A stretch of 64,000 bases of DNA from an uncultured Thermoleophilia bacterium. GTDB taxonomy: Bacteria; Actinomycetota; Thermoleophilia; UBA2241. Position 1 is the stretch's first letter. Every line of letters starts with the position of its first letter. Below, piece by piece: positions 18,502-28,840 of this stretch. Location: assembly GCA_963702475.1 (NCBI GenBank), contig CAVPCT010000003.1:640001-704000 (forward strand). Direction: 5' to 3'. The position numbers and the translations under genes were made by a program. The notes beneath the pieces are model-generated. The model was not told the DNA's origin and searched no databases. It saw only the letters and a list, made by a program, of their open reading frames with translations.

Positions 18502-19583
18502 TCCTCACCTCCAGGGAGTGGGGCTCTCGTCAGATAGTCGCTCAGCCCGGCCACGAGCGCCCGCGCGAGCGACTCGACGCGGGCGGGGTCCGTCGCCGTC
18601 CGCGCCTCTTCCGGGTTGCTCAGGAAGAGCGGCTCGACGAGCACGGCGATGCCGCGCGTTTCACGCAGGAGCCCGTAGTTGCGCCCGAACACGCCCAGGC
18701 CGGGGAAGCCTACCGTCTCGAGGCGGGCGCCCAGGTACGTGGCGAGGCGCCGGCCGTGTTCGGAGTAGTAGTGGCTGCGCTGGAAGTAGTAGCAGGCCGC
18801 GCCGCGGGCTGCGGGGGAGCGGTCGGCATTGGCGTGCAACGAGAAGAACCAGTGCACACGCGCGGCATTGGCCAGCTCGGGGCGCGCGTACAGCGGCACG
18901 GTCTCGTCGCCTTCGCGCGTCAGCCACACGCGGCACCCTTCGGCGCGGAGCAGCTCGGCGAACCGCACGGCGAGAGCCAGCGTGAACTCCTTCTCGGTAC
19001 GACCCGTCGGAGAGACGGCTCCGGGGTCGGCGCCTCCGTGCCCCGGGTCGATGGCGATCACCTGGCCGGTGAGGCTCCGGGCGCCGACGTAGCCGCGGTC
19101 CCGCTCGGGGATCTTCTTGCCCTCGCGGCCCGACTCGGCTTTGCGCAGCGCCTCGAGCTTGCGGATCGTGCTCTCGCCGACGATGCCGTCGGGGATGAGC
19201 CCGGCGTTGTGCTGGAAGTCGAGTACGGCGCGCTCCACCTGGTCGTCGTGCACGCCGCGCTCGGCGCCGGCGTTGAAGCCCAGGAGGTTGAGCTTGACCT
19301 GCAGGGCCAGCACATCGTCGCCGCGAAAGGGCGGCTCCTTGAGGTAGAGCAGGCGGTCGCCGAGCGCGTAGCCGGCCTCCACGAGCTCGCGCCAGGTGGT
19401 GGCACCCACGACGCCGTCGGCCAGCAGCCCTCGCTGCTGCTGGAAGGTGCGAACGGCCAGCTCGGTGCCGGGGCCGAAGAAGCCGTCCACGCCCTCGCGG
19501 CCGAGCTCGTGGCCCTGGCCGCGCAGACGCGTCTGCACGTCGAGCACTTCTTTGCCGCGGTCGCCGCGGGAGAGGTTCCGCAC
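18498..19583 (-). CDS. N-acetylmuramoyl-L-alanine amidase with two peptidoglycan-binding domains (CwlM-like)
   Basis: FQQQRGLLADGVVG, YALGDRLLY, IDPGHGG, SLHAN, VLVEP; SD AGGAG. Confidence 0.88.
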   Translation of the reverse strand: MRNLSRGDRGKEVLDVQTRLRGQGHELGREGVDGFFGPGTELAVRTFQQQRGLLADGVVGATTWRELVEAGYALGDRLLYLKEPPFRGDDVLALQVKLNLLGFNAGAERGVHDDQVERAVLDFQHNAGLIPDGIVGESTIRKLEALRKAESGREGKKIPERDRGYVGARSLTGQVIAIDPGHGGADPGAVSPTGRTEKEFTLALAVRFAELLRAEGCRVWLTREGDETVPLYARPELANAARVHWFFSLHANADRSPAARGAACYYFQRSHYYSEHGRRLATYLGARLETVGFPGLGVFGRNYGLLRETRGIAVLVEPLFLSNPEEARTATDPARVESLARALVAGLSDYLTRAPLPGGEE

Positions 19584-19778
19584 TGCCGACTCCTGGAGAC
19601 ACGCCCTCGCACCATGCCGGGCCCGCCGGACTGGAGGATGGGCACGAGTCACTGCTCACTCACGTGGATCGAAGGCCGCCTTTCGCACACGCGGCGCTCG
19701 AGAGTGTAGGGTGACGGTATACCTGCGACCGCCCCGGCGTCGACCGCGGTCGGGCGGCGAAGAGGAACGGGGGAGTCG

Positions 19779-20195
19779 ATGGCGCGGAGCGAACCGGTCG
19801 TGGTCGGCTGGAAGAGGCGGGGGCTGCTGCTCGAGGGCGTCACACCTCACGGCCGAGTGGACCTCTCGTCTGCCCTCGACGAGGTCGGTGCGGGCGCGAC
19901 CCCCATGGAGCTGCTCGCCGTGGCTCTGGGCGGCTGCACCGCCATGGACGTCGTCTCCATCCTGCAGAAGATGCGGCAGCCCCTCGAGGACCTCCAGGTC
20001 GAGGTGAGCGGCGAGAAGGCCGACGAGCACCCCAAGCGGTATCTCACGCTGGAGATCGTCTACCGTCTGAAGGGCGACCTCGACGAGCACAGGGTCAAAC
20101 GCGCCATCGAGCTGTCCGAGAGCAGGTACTGTTCCGTGCAGGCCACGCTCAGGCCTGGCGTGCGCATCTCCTCGCGGTTCGTCATCGAGCGCTGA
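19779..20195 (+). CDS. OsmC family protein
   Basis: PMELL..LGGCTAMDVVSILQK, SRYCSV. Confidence 0.92.
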   Translation: MARSEPVVVGWKRRGLLLEGVTPHGRVDLSSALDEVGAGATPMELLAVALGGCTAMDVVSILQKMRQPLEDLQVEVSGEKADEHPKRYLTLEIVYRLKGDLDEHRVKRAIELSESRYCSVQATLRPGVRISSRFVIER

Positions 20196-20252
20196 GGCCG
20201 CGGTCGCGGGGCACACTGCCGCCGTGTCCGCTTTCACACTACTGACACGGTG

Positions 20253-20281
20253 TTTACAGGGAAAGGTGCTCCCTGTACTAT
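20253..20281 (+). promoter_or_regulatory. Sigma70-type promoter with an overlapping palindrome
   Basis: TTTACA-N17-TACTAT; ACAGGGA-N7-TCCCTGT at 20256-20276. Confidence 0.6.
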
Positions 20282-20310
20282 CGCGCGACAGGCTGCCTTG
20301 AGGGAGGTGC

Positions 20311-21039
20311 GTGGACCGCGATCACGAGCTGTCGGCCGTCCTTGCCGACGACACCCGCTACCACATCTACAGGAGCATCGCCGAGTGTCCCGGTGAGGAT
20401 GTGACCGTGGCGGACATCGCCGCGCGCTTCGGACTGCATCCCAACGTGGCCCGCATGCACCTCGCCAAGCTCGAGCAGGCAGGCTTCCTGGCCACTGACT
20501 TCCGCCGCAGCGCCGGCGGGGGCCGGCCGGCGAAGCTGTACCGGCTGAGCGATGTGGTGGTGACGTTCGGGTTCCCGCCGCGCCGGTACGAGCTTCTCTC
20601 GCGTCTCGCGCTGGAGGCTCTCTCCGCCGGCGGCTCGCGCGACGAGACGCTGCGTGCCTGCCGTGAGGCCGGCAGCGAGGAGGGACGGCGGTTGCTGGCG
20701 CAGGAGGGGCGCCCGCCGGCAGATGCCGCGCGTGCCGCGGAGCTCGTGCGTCGCGTCGCTGAAGAGCAGGGTCTGCTCCCGGCGGTGCAGTGGCGCGCCG
20801 ACGGCCTCGAGGTCGTCGTCAACAATTGCACGTTCAAGGAGCTGTCCGGAGCCGACCCCGACCTCGTGTGCGCCATGCACCGCGCCTTTCTCGAGGGCGT
20901 GCTCGAGATCGTCACGGCGGGGCTCGGGACGCTGCGCATAGAGTCCGGCGACTGCCGTATCAGCTGCGGCGACGCACGCTGCGAGCTTCTCTGCACGTTC
21001 TCGCCGAACGGCGAGGGCGGGGGCTCCGCAGCCGGGTGA
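20311..21039 (+). CDS. ArsR-like HTH regulator with a Cys-rich C-terminal domain
   Basis: GLHPNVARMHLAKLEQAG, GGRPAKLY, NNCTF..VCAMH..SCGDARC. Confidence 0.85.
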   Translation: MDRDHELSAVLADDTRYHIYRSIAECPGEDVTVADIAARFGLHPNVARMHLAKLEQAGFLATDFRRSAGGGRPAKLYRLSDVVVTFGFPPRRYELLSRLALEALSAGGSRDETLRACREAGSEEGRRLLAQEGRPPADAARAAELVRRVAEEQGLLPAVQWRADGLEVVVNNCTFKELSGADPDLVCAMHRAFLEGVLEIVTAGLGTLRIESGDCRISCGDARCELLCTFSPNGEGGGSAAG

Positions 21040-21072
21040 TACAGTAGCGGGACCGCACATGAGGAGGGCCCT

Positions 21073-21423
21073 GTGAGCGTCGACGAGGCGATCCACGATC
21101 TCCTGAACTTCTCCAGCGACATCCGCGGTGTCGCCGTACTCGGCGAGGCCGGCGACGTCGTGGCGGCGGCGCCGGCGGCTGACGCCGCCGCCCTGCAGGC
21201 CGCCTCCGCGGCGCTCTGGCAGGCGGCCCAGGCCTGCGCCTCAGGCACGTCCACAACGCCGCTCGAACACGTCGTCGTCCTGGACAAGGACGGCGTGGTC
21301 GCCATGCTCGCCGCCGACGGGCACAGCATCGTCGCGGTCACGGGGCCCAAGCCTGCGCTCGGCCTCCTGCTGTTCGACCTGCGCACCTGCCTCAGCGACG
21401 CGTACCCCGAGGAGGCCTCGTGA
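21073..21423 (+). CDS. Roadblock/LC7-like protein
   Basis: Length and sequence pattern, LGLLLFDLR C-terminus; SD GAGGAGG. Confidence 0.6.
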   Translation: MSVDEAIHDLLNFSSDIRGVAVLGEAGDVVAAAPAADAAALQAASAALWQAAQACASGTSTTPLEHVVVLDKDGVVAMLAADGHSIVAVTGPKPALGLLLFDLRTCLSDAYPEEAS

Positions 21424-21653
21424 AGAGACTTCGCCGGCGCATCCGGCTCTTCGTCATCGCCGTCGTCGCGCTGGCGCTGGTGCTCGCCGGCGCGGCCGTC
21501 TACGTCCGGCGCAAGCACGCCGCCCACGACTCGGCACCGGTGCAGCTCGGCGCGCGCGAGGGCGCCTCGCGCGACCTCTCCTCTTCCGACCCCGGGGTGG
21601 CGGCCGTGCGGGCGGCAGCCGCCCAGGTCCGCGCAGCCTTCCGGGACCTCTGA
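21420..21653 (+). CDS. Small single-pass membrane protein
   Basis: One TM helix; overlaps both neighbouring genes (GTGA, TGATG). Confidence 0.6.
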   Translation: MKRLRRRIRLFVIAVVALALVLAGAAVYVRRKHAAHDSAPVQLGAREGASRDLSSSDPGVAAVRAAAAQVRAAFRDL

Positions 21654-23053
21654 TGGACATCGCCGTCTTCGACAGGGGCCTCCTGGAGGCCACGCTGGAG
21701 CGTGCCCTGCGCCACGGCGGCGACTTCGCCGAGGTGTACGTGGAGGACCGCGACAGCATGGGCCTCCGCCTCGAGGACGGCCGCATCGAGCAGACGAGCG
21801 GCGGCCGCGAGGCGGGCGCCGCAGTGCGCCTGCTCTCCGGCGAGCACACGTACTACGCGTACAGCGACGCGCTCGACGAGGCGGGGCTGTCCGCGGCGGC
21901 CGACGCAGTGGCTGCCGCCGTTCGCGCCGGCGACGGTGGCGCTGAGGTCGTGCATCTGGGCGCGGTGCGGAGCCTTCCTGAGGCGCATCCGGTCGCGGTG
22001 CCGCCGGACGAGGTGGCCATCGCGCGCAAGGCGGAGCTCGTGCGTGCGGCCGATGAGGCGGCGCGTTCGGGCGGCGCCGAGATCGTGCAGGCCATCGTCG
22101 GGTACGGCGACACGCGGCAGAAGGTCCTCATCGCCAACTCGCTCGGCGACCTGGTCTTCGACGACCGCACACGTACGCGGTTCTCCGCGCAGGTCGTGGC
22201 GCGTCGCGGCGACGTCATCCAGACAGGCCACGAGACGGTGGGCGGCAGCGCCGGCTTCGAGCTGTTGGACGAGACGATCGCACGCGAGACGGCGGCGACC
22301 GCGGCGCAGAAGGCCGTCACCATGCTGGGTTCCCGGCCGGCCCCGGTGGGCGCCATGCCCGTGGTGCTGGCCAACGGCTTCGGCGGAACACTCTTCCACG
22401 AGGCCTGCGGTCACGGGCTCGAGGCAGACGCCATCGCCAAGGGGGCCAGCATCTACGCCGGCAAGATGGGCGAGGTGGTCGCGGCGTCGCACGTGAGCGC
22501 CTATGACGACGGCTCCATCCGCAACGGCTGGGGCTCCCAGGCGTTCGACGACGAGGGTGTGCCCACGCAGAAGACCTTGGTCATCGACGACGGTCGGCTC
22601 ACCGGGTACCTGTACGACCGCCTCCGTGCCCGTGAGGCCGGTGCCGCCCCTACGGGGAACGGCCGGCGCCAGTCCTTCCGTCACGTACCCATCCCGCGTA
22701 TGACCACCACGTACATCGCGCCGGGCGACCTCACTCCGGAGGACATCATCGCGGCGACGCCACGCGGCTTCTACGCCAAGAGCCTGGCCGGCGGTCAGGT
22801 GGAGCCGGCCAGCGGCGCGTTCGTGTTCGGCGTCGCCGAGGGCTACCTCATCGAGGACGGCCGCATCACGACGCCGCTGCGAGGTGCCACGCTCATCGGC
22901 AACGGCATCGACATCCTCATGAGGATCGACATGATCGCCGGCGACTTCGAGGTCAAGACCGGCATCTGCGGCAAGGACGGCCAGGGCGTCCCCGTGGGCA
23001 CAGGCCAGTCCACGCTGCGCATCTCCGAGATGACGGTGGGAGGGACGGGCTGA
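21653..23053 (+). CDS. tldD: TldD metalloprotease
   Basis: FHEACGHGLEAD, FDDEG, GNGRRQS, PRMT, CGKDGQ. Confidence 0.93.
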   Translation: MDIAVFDRGLLEATLERALRHGGDFAEVYVEDRDSMGLRLEDGRIEQTSGGREAGAAVRLLSGEHTYYAYSDALDEAGLSAAADAVAAAVRAGDGGAEVVHLGAVRSLPEAHPVAVPPDEVAIARKAELVRAADEAARSGGAEIVQAIVGYGDTRQKVLIANSLGDLVFDDRTRTRFSAQVVARRGDVIQTGHETVGGSAGFELLDETIARETAATAAQKAVTMLGSRPAPVGAMPVVLANGFGGTLFHEACGHGLEADAIAKGASIYAGKMGEVVAASHVSAYDDGSIRNGWGSQAFDDEGVPTQKTLVIDDGRLTGYLYDRLRAREAGAAPTGNGRRQSFRHVPIPRMTTTYIAPGDLTPEDIIAATPRGFYAKSLAGGQVEPASGAFVFGVAEGYLIEDGRITTPLRGATLIGNGIDILMRIDMIAGDFEVKTGICGKDGQGVPVGTGQSTLRISEMTVGGTG

Positions 23054-24396
23054 TGTTCGACGTCGTCGACGCCGCGCTCGAGCGGGCGCGGGCGCAGGGT
23101 CTGCGAGATGTGGAGGTCTATGCGGAGCGCAGCACCTCGCGCCGCATCAAGGTCTACAAGCAGGAGGTCGAGCAGCTCACCGCGGCAGAGCGCCGTGGTG
23201 TGGGGGTGCGCGTCTTTCGGGACGGTGCCGTCGGTCACGCGTACACGTCCGATGTGGGCGCCGAGTCGCTCGATCAGGTCGTGCGGCGCGCCGCCGACAA
23301 CGCGGCCGTGAGCGACGCCGACGAGTTCGTGGCGCTGCCGCAGCCCACCGGCGCGCCGGCCGACGTCGCTCCGTACGACGAGCGGCTCACGGCGGCCACC
23401 GACGAGCAGCGTATAGAGCTTGCGCTCGCCGTCGAAGCCGCGGCGCTGGCCGCCGATCCTCGCATCAAGACGGTCGAAGACGCCATGTACGCCGACGGCG
23501 AGGGCGAAGTCTTCCTCGCCAGCAGTGCCGGCGTGCGCGGCAGCTTCCGCGCCAACCAGTGCTACTGCTTCGCCTACGCGCTCGCGGAGCAGGACGGCCA
23601 GGTCGAGACGGGCTACTCCTTTTCGGTCGGTCGCGCGCTCGAAGACCTGGACCCGGCCGGCTGCGGCCGCGAGGCCGCCGAGCGCGCCGTGCGGCTGCTC
23701 GGCGCCAGGCCCTGCGCCTCGTTCAAGGGCCAGGTGCTGCTCGACCCGTTCGTGGCGGCGGCCTTCTTCGGTGTGCTGAGTTCGGCGCTCACGGCCGACG
23801 CCGTGCAGAAGGGCCGTTCGCTGTTCGCCGGTCGTGAGGGCCAGAAGGTCGCCGGCGAGCTGCTGGAGCTCGTGGACGACGGTACGCTGCCCGACGGCCT
23901 CGACAGCGCGCCGTTCGACGGCGAGGGGATCCCCACGCGACGCACGCCGCTCATCGGCAAAGGCGGCGTGCTGCAGGGCTTCCTGTACGACACGTACACG
24001 GCGCGCAAGGCCGCGCGCGAGTCCACCGGCAACGGCTTGCGCGGGTCCTACGCCGGGCTTCCGGGCGTGCGCCCCACCAACCTGGTGGTGAGCGGTCCCG
24101 CCACCCCGCTGGCCGACATCGTCGCAGGCGTCGAACGCGGCGTGCTGGTCACCGACGCCGTCGGCGTACACTCGGGAGCCAACCCCATCTCGGGTGAGTT
24201 CTCGGTGGGCATCTCCGGCATGCTCATAGCAGATGGCGAGCTTTCGACTCCCGTGCGCGAGGTCACGCTGGCGAGCGACATCATCAGCATGCTCACCAAC
24301 GTGAAGGCCCTGGGCGACGACGCCCGCTGGGTGCCGGGCGGAAGCATCCACACGCCCTCGGTGCTCATGGACGGCGTGGCCATCAGCGGTACCTGA
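23053..24396 (+). CDS. pmbA: PmbA/TldE
   Basis: PFDGEG, STGN, HSGANPISGEFS; translationally coupled to tldD. Confidence 0.9.
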   Translation: MFDVVDAALERARAQGLRDVEVYAERSTSRRIKVYKQEVEQLTAAERRGVGVRVFRDGAVGHAYTSDVGAESLDQVVRRAADNAAVSDADEFVALPQPTGAPADVAPYDERLTAATDEQRIELALAVEAAALAADPRIKTVEDAMYADGEGEVFLASSAGVRGSFRANQCYCFAYALAEQDGQVETGYSFSVGRALEDLDPAGCGREAAERAVRLLGARPCASFKGQVLLDPFVAAAFFGVLSSALTADAVQKGRSLFAGREGQKVAGELLELVDDGTLPDGLDSAPFDGEGIPTRRTPLIGKGGVLQGFLYDTYTARKAARESTGNGLRGSYAGLPGVRPTNLVVSGPATPLADIVAGVERGVLVTDAVGVHSGANPISGEFSVGISGMLIADGELSTPVREVTLASDIISMLTNVKALGDDARWVPGGSIHTPSVLMDGVAISGT

Positions 24397-24509
24397 GTGA
24401 GCGCGGCGCCGGCTTCGCCCGGCCGCGCCTGGACCCCGGTTCCAGACCGGCTACAGTCGGCCGGCGGGCCCCCCGGCCCGCGCCGACGCACGACCGTGGA
24501 GGGAGTCTC

Positions 24510-25088
24510 GTGAACAGCGACCGCAGGCTGCCTGACGAGTGGGGCACAGAAGGGGCGCCGCTCAGTGATCTCGGCGCCCGCCTGCTCGCCGCCAGTTACC
24601 TGGAGGGCGACTTCGTCCTCCGCTCGGGGCGGCGCAGCAGGTTCTACCTGGACAAGTACCTGTTCTCCACCCAGCCCGACCTGCTGCGCGACATCGCCGC
24701 CGGTCTGGCCGAGAAGCTGCCGGCTCACGGCGACTTCGACCTCCTCGCGGGGCCGGAGCTCGGCGCCGTGGCCATCGTGGCAGCCACCTCACTGGCCTGC
24801 GGCAAGCCGTTCGTCATCGTGCGCAAGGGCGCCAAGGGTTACGGCACCGACAAGGCTCTGGAGGGCAAGGCCGGGCCCGGCCAGCGAGTCATCATGATCG
24901 AGGACGTCGTCACCTCGGGCGGCGCTGCGCTCATGGCGGTGGACAAGCTGCGCGAGGCCGGTCTCACGATCGACACGCTGCTCTGCGTGGTCGACCGCGA
25001 GGAGGGCGGTCGCGAGCAGATCGAGGCCAAAGGGCTCACCTTCGACCCGCTCTTCACCGCGACCTCTCTGGGCATCAAGAAGAGCTGA
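24510..25088 (+). CDS. pyrE: Orotate phosphoribosyltransferase
   Basis: GDFVLRSG, YLDKY, IEDVVTSGG, VDREEGG. Confidence 0.93.
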   Translation: MNSDRRLPDEWGTEGAPLSDLGARLLAASYLEGDFVLRSGRRSRFYLDKYLFSTQPDLLRDIAAGLAEKLPAHGDFDLLAGPELGAVAIVAATSLACGKPFVIVRKGAKGYGTDKALEGKAGPGQRVIMIEDVVTSGGAALMAVDKLREAGLTIDTLLCVVDREEGGREQIEAKGLTFDPLFTATSLGIKKS

Positions 25089-25090
25089 GC

Positions 25091-25756
25091 TCAGTCGACC
25101 GTGAACGAGGCCATCGCCGCCTCGAGCGTCGGCCGGAGCTCCTCCCAGTGCGCGGCGCGCGCCTGTCCCGTCACCTCGTACTGGTACTGCCCCGAGAACA
25201 GGAAGGTAGAGACGGCGGTGACGGGCACGCCGTCCGTCGCGAACGTGTACGAGACCGTGAACCCGGGCGTGCCGTTGACCGCGGTCCGGGCGAGTGGCTC
25301 GGTGACCTCGCCCGACGGCAGCTTCGCGAGCCTGTCGGCCACCAAGGCCTCGAGCTGGGGCTTGAGCCCGCGCACCTCTGACGTCTTCACCGCGCGGGCG
25401 AGCTCGAAGACCGACACCCGCACGCCGTCGACGTAGGCCTCACCGGCCTTGGGGCCGGTCTCATCGACGAACGAGATGCCGAAATCGGCTCCGGTGTCGC
25501 CTTCCTCGTCGGCCTCACCCTGCGTCAACAGCGCGTCGTAGGCGATGCTGAACCTGTAGGAGTCGTTTCTGTAGGTGTCCGTGGACCGGCCTTCGGCCGA
25601 CTCTTCGCCGGCGGGGGTGCCGCCGCCGCACGCCGTCGCGAGCGGCACCACGACGACGAGCGCCGCGAGCACGGTCGCGAGGATGCGTGACCCCCGAGGG
25701 GCGCCGGGTACTGCACGGCCGGGGCGTCTCTTGCCGCTGTGCGTCCTCGTTCTCAT
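25091..25756 (-). CDS. Lipoprotein of unknown function (PsbP-like fold possible)
   Basis: Lipobox ATAC; YRFSIAY pattern. Confidence 0.6.
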   Translation of the reverse strand: MRTRTHSGKRRPGRAVPGAPRGSRILATVLAALVVVVPLATACGGGTPAGEESAEGRSTDTYRNDSYRFSIAYDALLTQGEADEEGDTGADFGISFVDETGPKAGEAYVDGVRVSVFELARAVKTSEVRGLKPQLEALVADRLAKLPSGEVTEPLARTAVNGTPGFTVSYTFATDGVPVTAVSTFLFSGQYQYEVTGQARAAHWEELRPTLEAAMASFTVD

Positions 25757-25772
25757 CCGGCCGCGTCCTCCG

Positions 25773-27245
25773 TCAGCACACCACACGCAGCGTGGCGAGG
25801 GTGCGGTCCTCGGGCCCATGCACCTTGAGCTGGGTCGCCGCACCCTCCTGCAGGTAGGCGACGATCTCTTCGGAGATCTCCTCTCCCGGGCCGAGGACGG
25901 GGATACCGGGCGGGTAGGGTGTGACCATCTCGGCGCTCACGTGACTCGCGCATTCCGCGAGCGGCAGCGGACGTGACGGGGCGAAGAACGCCTCGCGTGG
26001 CGAGATCACCTGGCGCGTGAAGGCGGGGGTGACGGGCGGCGTGCCCCGGCGCGCGCGCTCGCCGCTCGCCGCATCCCTGTACCGGCCGGCGTAGTCGGCG
26101 AGCGCCGCCACAAGGCGCTCGAGGTCGGCGCGCGAATCGCCGTAGGTGACGTTGAGGACCACGTTGAGCGGGTCGGCCGCCTCAACGGCGATGCGGTAGT
26201 CGTCGCGCAGGATGGTCTCGAGCTCGTAACCGCTGTGCCCCAGGTCCGCGGTGGAGACCGTGAGCCGGGTGGGGTCGAACGACGCGACCCGCCAGCGCTC
26301 TACGACGTCGTGCGCGAGGCAACGGACGCCGGGCAGCTCGTTGAGACGGGCGCGGGCCCACTCCGCGAGCTCCACCGCGCCCGCCCAGAGCTCTTCACCG
26401 CGCGTGGCCATCTGCTGGCGCGCCGCGTCTATGCTCGCGTACATGAGCGCCTGCGGGCTGGTGCTCTGCGTCATGTGCACCATGCCGTCCAGGCGCGCCA
26501 GGTTGATGCGCGGGGACCGGGCCAGCAGCACCGAGGTCTGCGTGAGGCCGCTGATGAGCTTGTGCGTGCTCACCACCGCCGCGTCGGCGCCGGCGCTCAT
26601 GGCGTCGATCGGCAGGCGTGAGCAGAAGCGCAGGTGCGGGCCCCAGGCCTGGTCGGTGACGAACGGGATGCCGGCGGCGTGGGCGGCGGCGGCCACGGCG
26701 GCGAGGTCGGTGCCCAGGCCGTTGTAGGTCGGCGAGGTGACGAAGACGGCGGTAGCATCGGGGTGGGCGGCGAGCCTCGCCGCGACCTGCGCCGCGTCGA
26801 CGCTCAGCGGGATGCCCCACTCCGGGTCGACGGCCGGCTCGACGTAGACGGGCTCGGCCCCGGAGAAGATGAGGCCGGCCAACATGGACTTGTGCGCGTT
26901 GCGCGGGATGATGACCGTCCGCCCGGGGCCGCACAGGGCCAGGGTGAGCGCGTGGATGCCGCTGGTGGACCCGTTCACCAGGAACCACGCGCGCTCGGAA
27001 CCCCACGCTTCCGCCGCGTAGTCCTCGGCCAGGCGGATGAGATGGGTCGACTCGCGCGTGTCTTCCACGCCGCCGGCCATGGCGGTGTCGACGCCGAGAC
27101 ACGTCTCGCCGAGGAGCTCGCGCAGTCCGGGCGGCGCACCCTTGCCGTCCTTGTGCCCCGGCGTGTGGAACGGCGTGGCGTGACGGGCGCGGTACCGCAG
27201 CACGGCGTCGAGATAGGGGGTGTCACGCTGGTCGTGGGCGGTCAT
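25773..27245 (-). CDS. Fold-type I Arg/Lys/Orn decarboxylase
   Basis: FHTPGHK, LVNGSTSG, RNAHKS, STHK (PLP lysine), PYPPGIP. Confidence 0.92.
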   Translation of the reverse strand: MTAHDQRDTPYLDAVLRYRARHATPFHTPGHKDGKGAPPGLRELLGETCLGVDTAMAGGVEDTRESTHLIRLAEDYAAEAWGSERAWFLVNGSTSGIHALTLALCGPGRTVIIPRNAHKSMLAGLIFSGAEPVYVEPAVDPEWGIPLSVDAAQVAARLAAHPDATAVFVTSPTYNGLGTDLAAVAAAAHAAGIPFVTDQAWGPHLRFCSRLPIDAMSAGADAAVVSTHKLISGLTQTSVLLARSPRINLARLDGMVHMTQSTSPQALMYASIDAARQQMATRGEELWAGAVELAEWARARLNELPGVRCLAHDVVERWRVASFDPTRLTVSTADLGHSGYELETILRDDYRIAVEAADPLNVVLNVTYGDSRADLERLVAALADYAGRYRDAASGERARRGTPPVTPAFTRQVISPREAFFAPSRPLPLAECASHVSAEMVTPYPPGIPVLGPGEEISEEIVAYLQEGAATQLKVHGPEDRTLATLRVVC

Positions 27246-27364
27246 CGGCCCGACTCTATCCGAGCCCCTTTGGGCGGACAAGCCTGCGGCCGTCTGGTGA
27301 TAGACTGAGGGGGATTTGCAGGGAAAAGTTCGTTCGGGGAGATGCCATAACGCTCAACCAGACA

Positions 27365-28840
27365 GTGAGGGTACGCTTCGCGCCGAGCCCTACCGGCACG
27401 CTCCACATCGGCTCGGCGCGCACCGCTCTCTTCAACTACCTGTTCGCCCGTCACTGCGGCGGCAGCTTCGTGCTGCGCATCGACGACACCGACATCGCCC
27501 GTTCGGAGGAGCGGCATGAGGAGGCCATCCTCGCCGACCTGCGCTGGCTCGGCCTGGACTGGGACGAGGGACCCGGGGCCGAAGGCGCGTACGGGCCGTA
27601 CCGCCAGAGCGAGCGCTGGGACGGGTATCACGCCGCCGCGGAGCAGCTCGTCTTCGCCGGCGCCGCGTACCCGTGCTTCTGCTCGCAGGAGCGCCTCGAG
27701 GCGCTGAAGGCCGAGCAGCTGGCGGAGGGCCGCGCGCCGCGCTACGACCGCCGTTGCCTCGGACTGGAGCTGAGCGAGGTGGCGAGGCGCCTCTCGGCCG
27801 GCGAACCCTCCACGCTGCGGTTACGCGTCCCCGACGGCGACATCACCGTCGACGACCTCCTCCGCGGGCCCATCGTCGTCAAGGAGGGCGCCGTCGGCGA
27901 CTTCATCATCATCCGCTCCGACGGCGCCGCCGGCTACAACTTCGCCACGGTGGTGGACGATCGCGACATGCGCATCACCCACGTGATCCGCGGCGACGAC
28001 CACCTCACCAACACGGCGCGCCAGCTGCTGCTGTTCCGGGCACTGGGCGCGTCGGTCCCCGTGTTCGCCCACCACTCCATGGTGCTGGGCGCCGAGGGCG
28101 GCAAGCTCAGCAAGCGGCACGGCGCCACCTCGGTCGGTGACTTCCGCGAGCTCGGCTACCTGCCGCAGGCGCTGGTGAACTACCTCGCCCTGCTCAGCTG
28201 GTCGCACGGCGAGGACGAGGTGCTCGCCATGGACCGCCTCGTGGCCGACTTCCAGCTGGAGAAGTTGTCGCCTAGCGCCGTGGTCTTCGATCAGGCCAAG
28301 CTCGACTGGCTCGACCACGAGCACGTCATGGGCCTCGCGCCGGAGGTGCACGAGGCCCTGTTCGCGGAGCGCCTGCCGGCCGGCACGCCGGTCCCGGCCG
28401 CGGCGTCGCTGGCAGCCGCCTTCCAGCCGTCGCTGGTCGCCTACGGCCAGGCGCCGGATCTGGCGGCCTCCGTGCTCGACCGTCCCGTCCTCACCCCCGA
28501 GCTGGCGGCGGCGCTGCCGCCGGCCGCCGCCCAGCTGGCCGAGGTCCGCAGCCTGCGTGCCGAGGCGGCGGAGTGGCTGCCGCCCGCCGCCGCCCGCGAG
28601 CTTCTCGGCGCCTACCGCGCCTGGGGCAAGCAGGCCGGCATCGGCGCGCGCGACCTGCTCATGCCGCTGCGCATCGCGCTCACCGGGGCCGAGCACGGGC
28701 CCGAACTGCCGTTCGTGCTCGCCGCCCTCGATCGCGCCGAGACGCTGCGGCGTCTCGACCCCCACCTTTCGGGACTGACCGGTCCCGGCGCCGGGAATCC
28801 TGCCGGCGAAGCCACGACGACCCCGGGAGACACACCGTGA
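27365..28840 (+). CDS. gltX: Glutamate--tRNA ligase
   Basis: RFAPSPTG..HIG, IRGDDH, KLSKR. Confidence 0.95.
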   Translation: MRVRFAPSPTGTLHIGSARTALFNYLFARHCGGSFVLRIDDTDIARSEERHEEAILADLRWLGLDWDEGPGAEGAYGPYRQSERWDGYHAAAEQLVFAGAAYPCFCSQERLEALKAEQLAEGRAPRYDRRCLGLELSEVARRLSAGEPSTLRLRVPDGDITVDDLLRGPIVVKEGAVGDFIIIRSDGAAGYNFATVVDDRDMRITHVIRGDDHLTNTARQLLLFRALGASVPVFAHHSMVLGAEGGKLSKRHGATSVGDFRELGYLPQALVNYLALLSWSHGEDEVLAMDRLVADFQLEKLSPSAVVFDQAKLDWLDHEHVMGLAPEVHEALFAERLPAGTPVPAAASLAAAFQPSLVAYGQAPDLAASVLDRPVLTPELAAALPPAAAQLAEVRSLRAEAAEWLPPAAARELLGAYRAWGKQAGIGARDLLMPLRIALTGAEHGPELPFVLAALDRAETLRRLDPHLSGLTGPGAGNPAGEATTTPGDTP

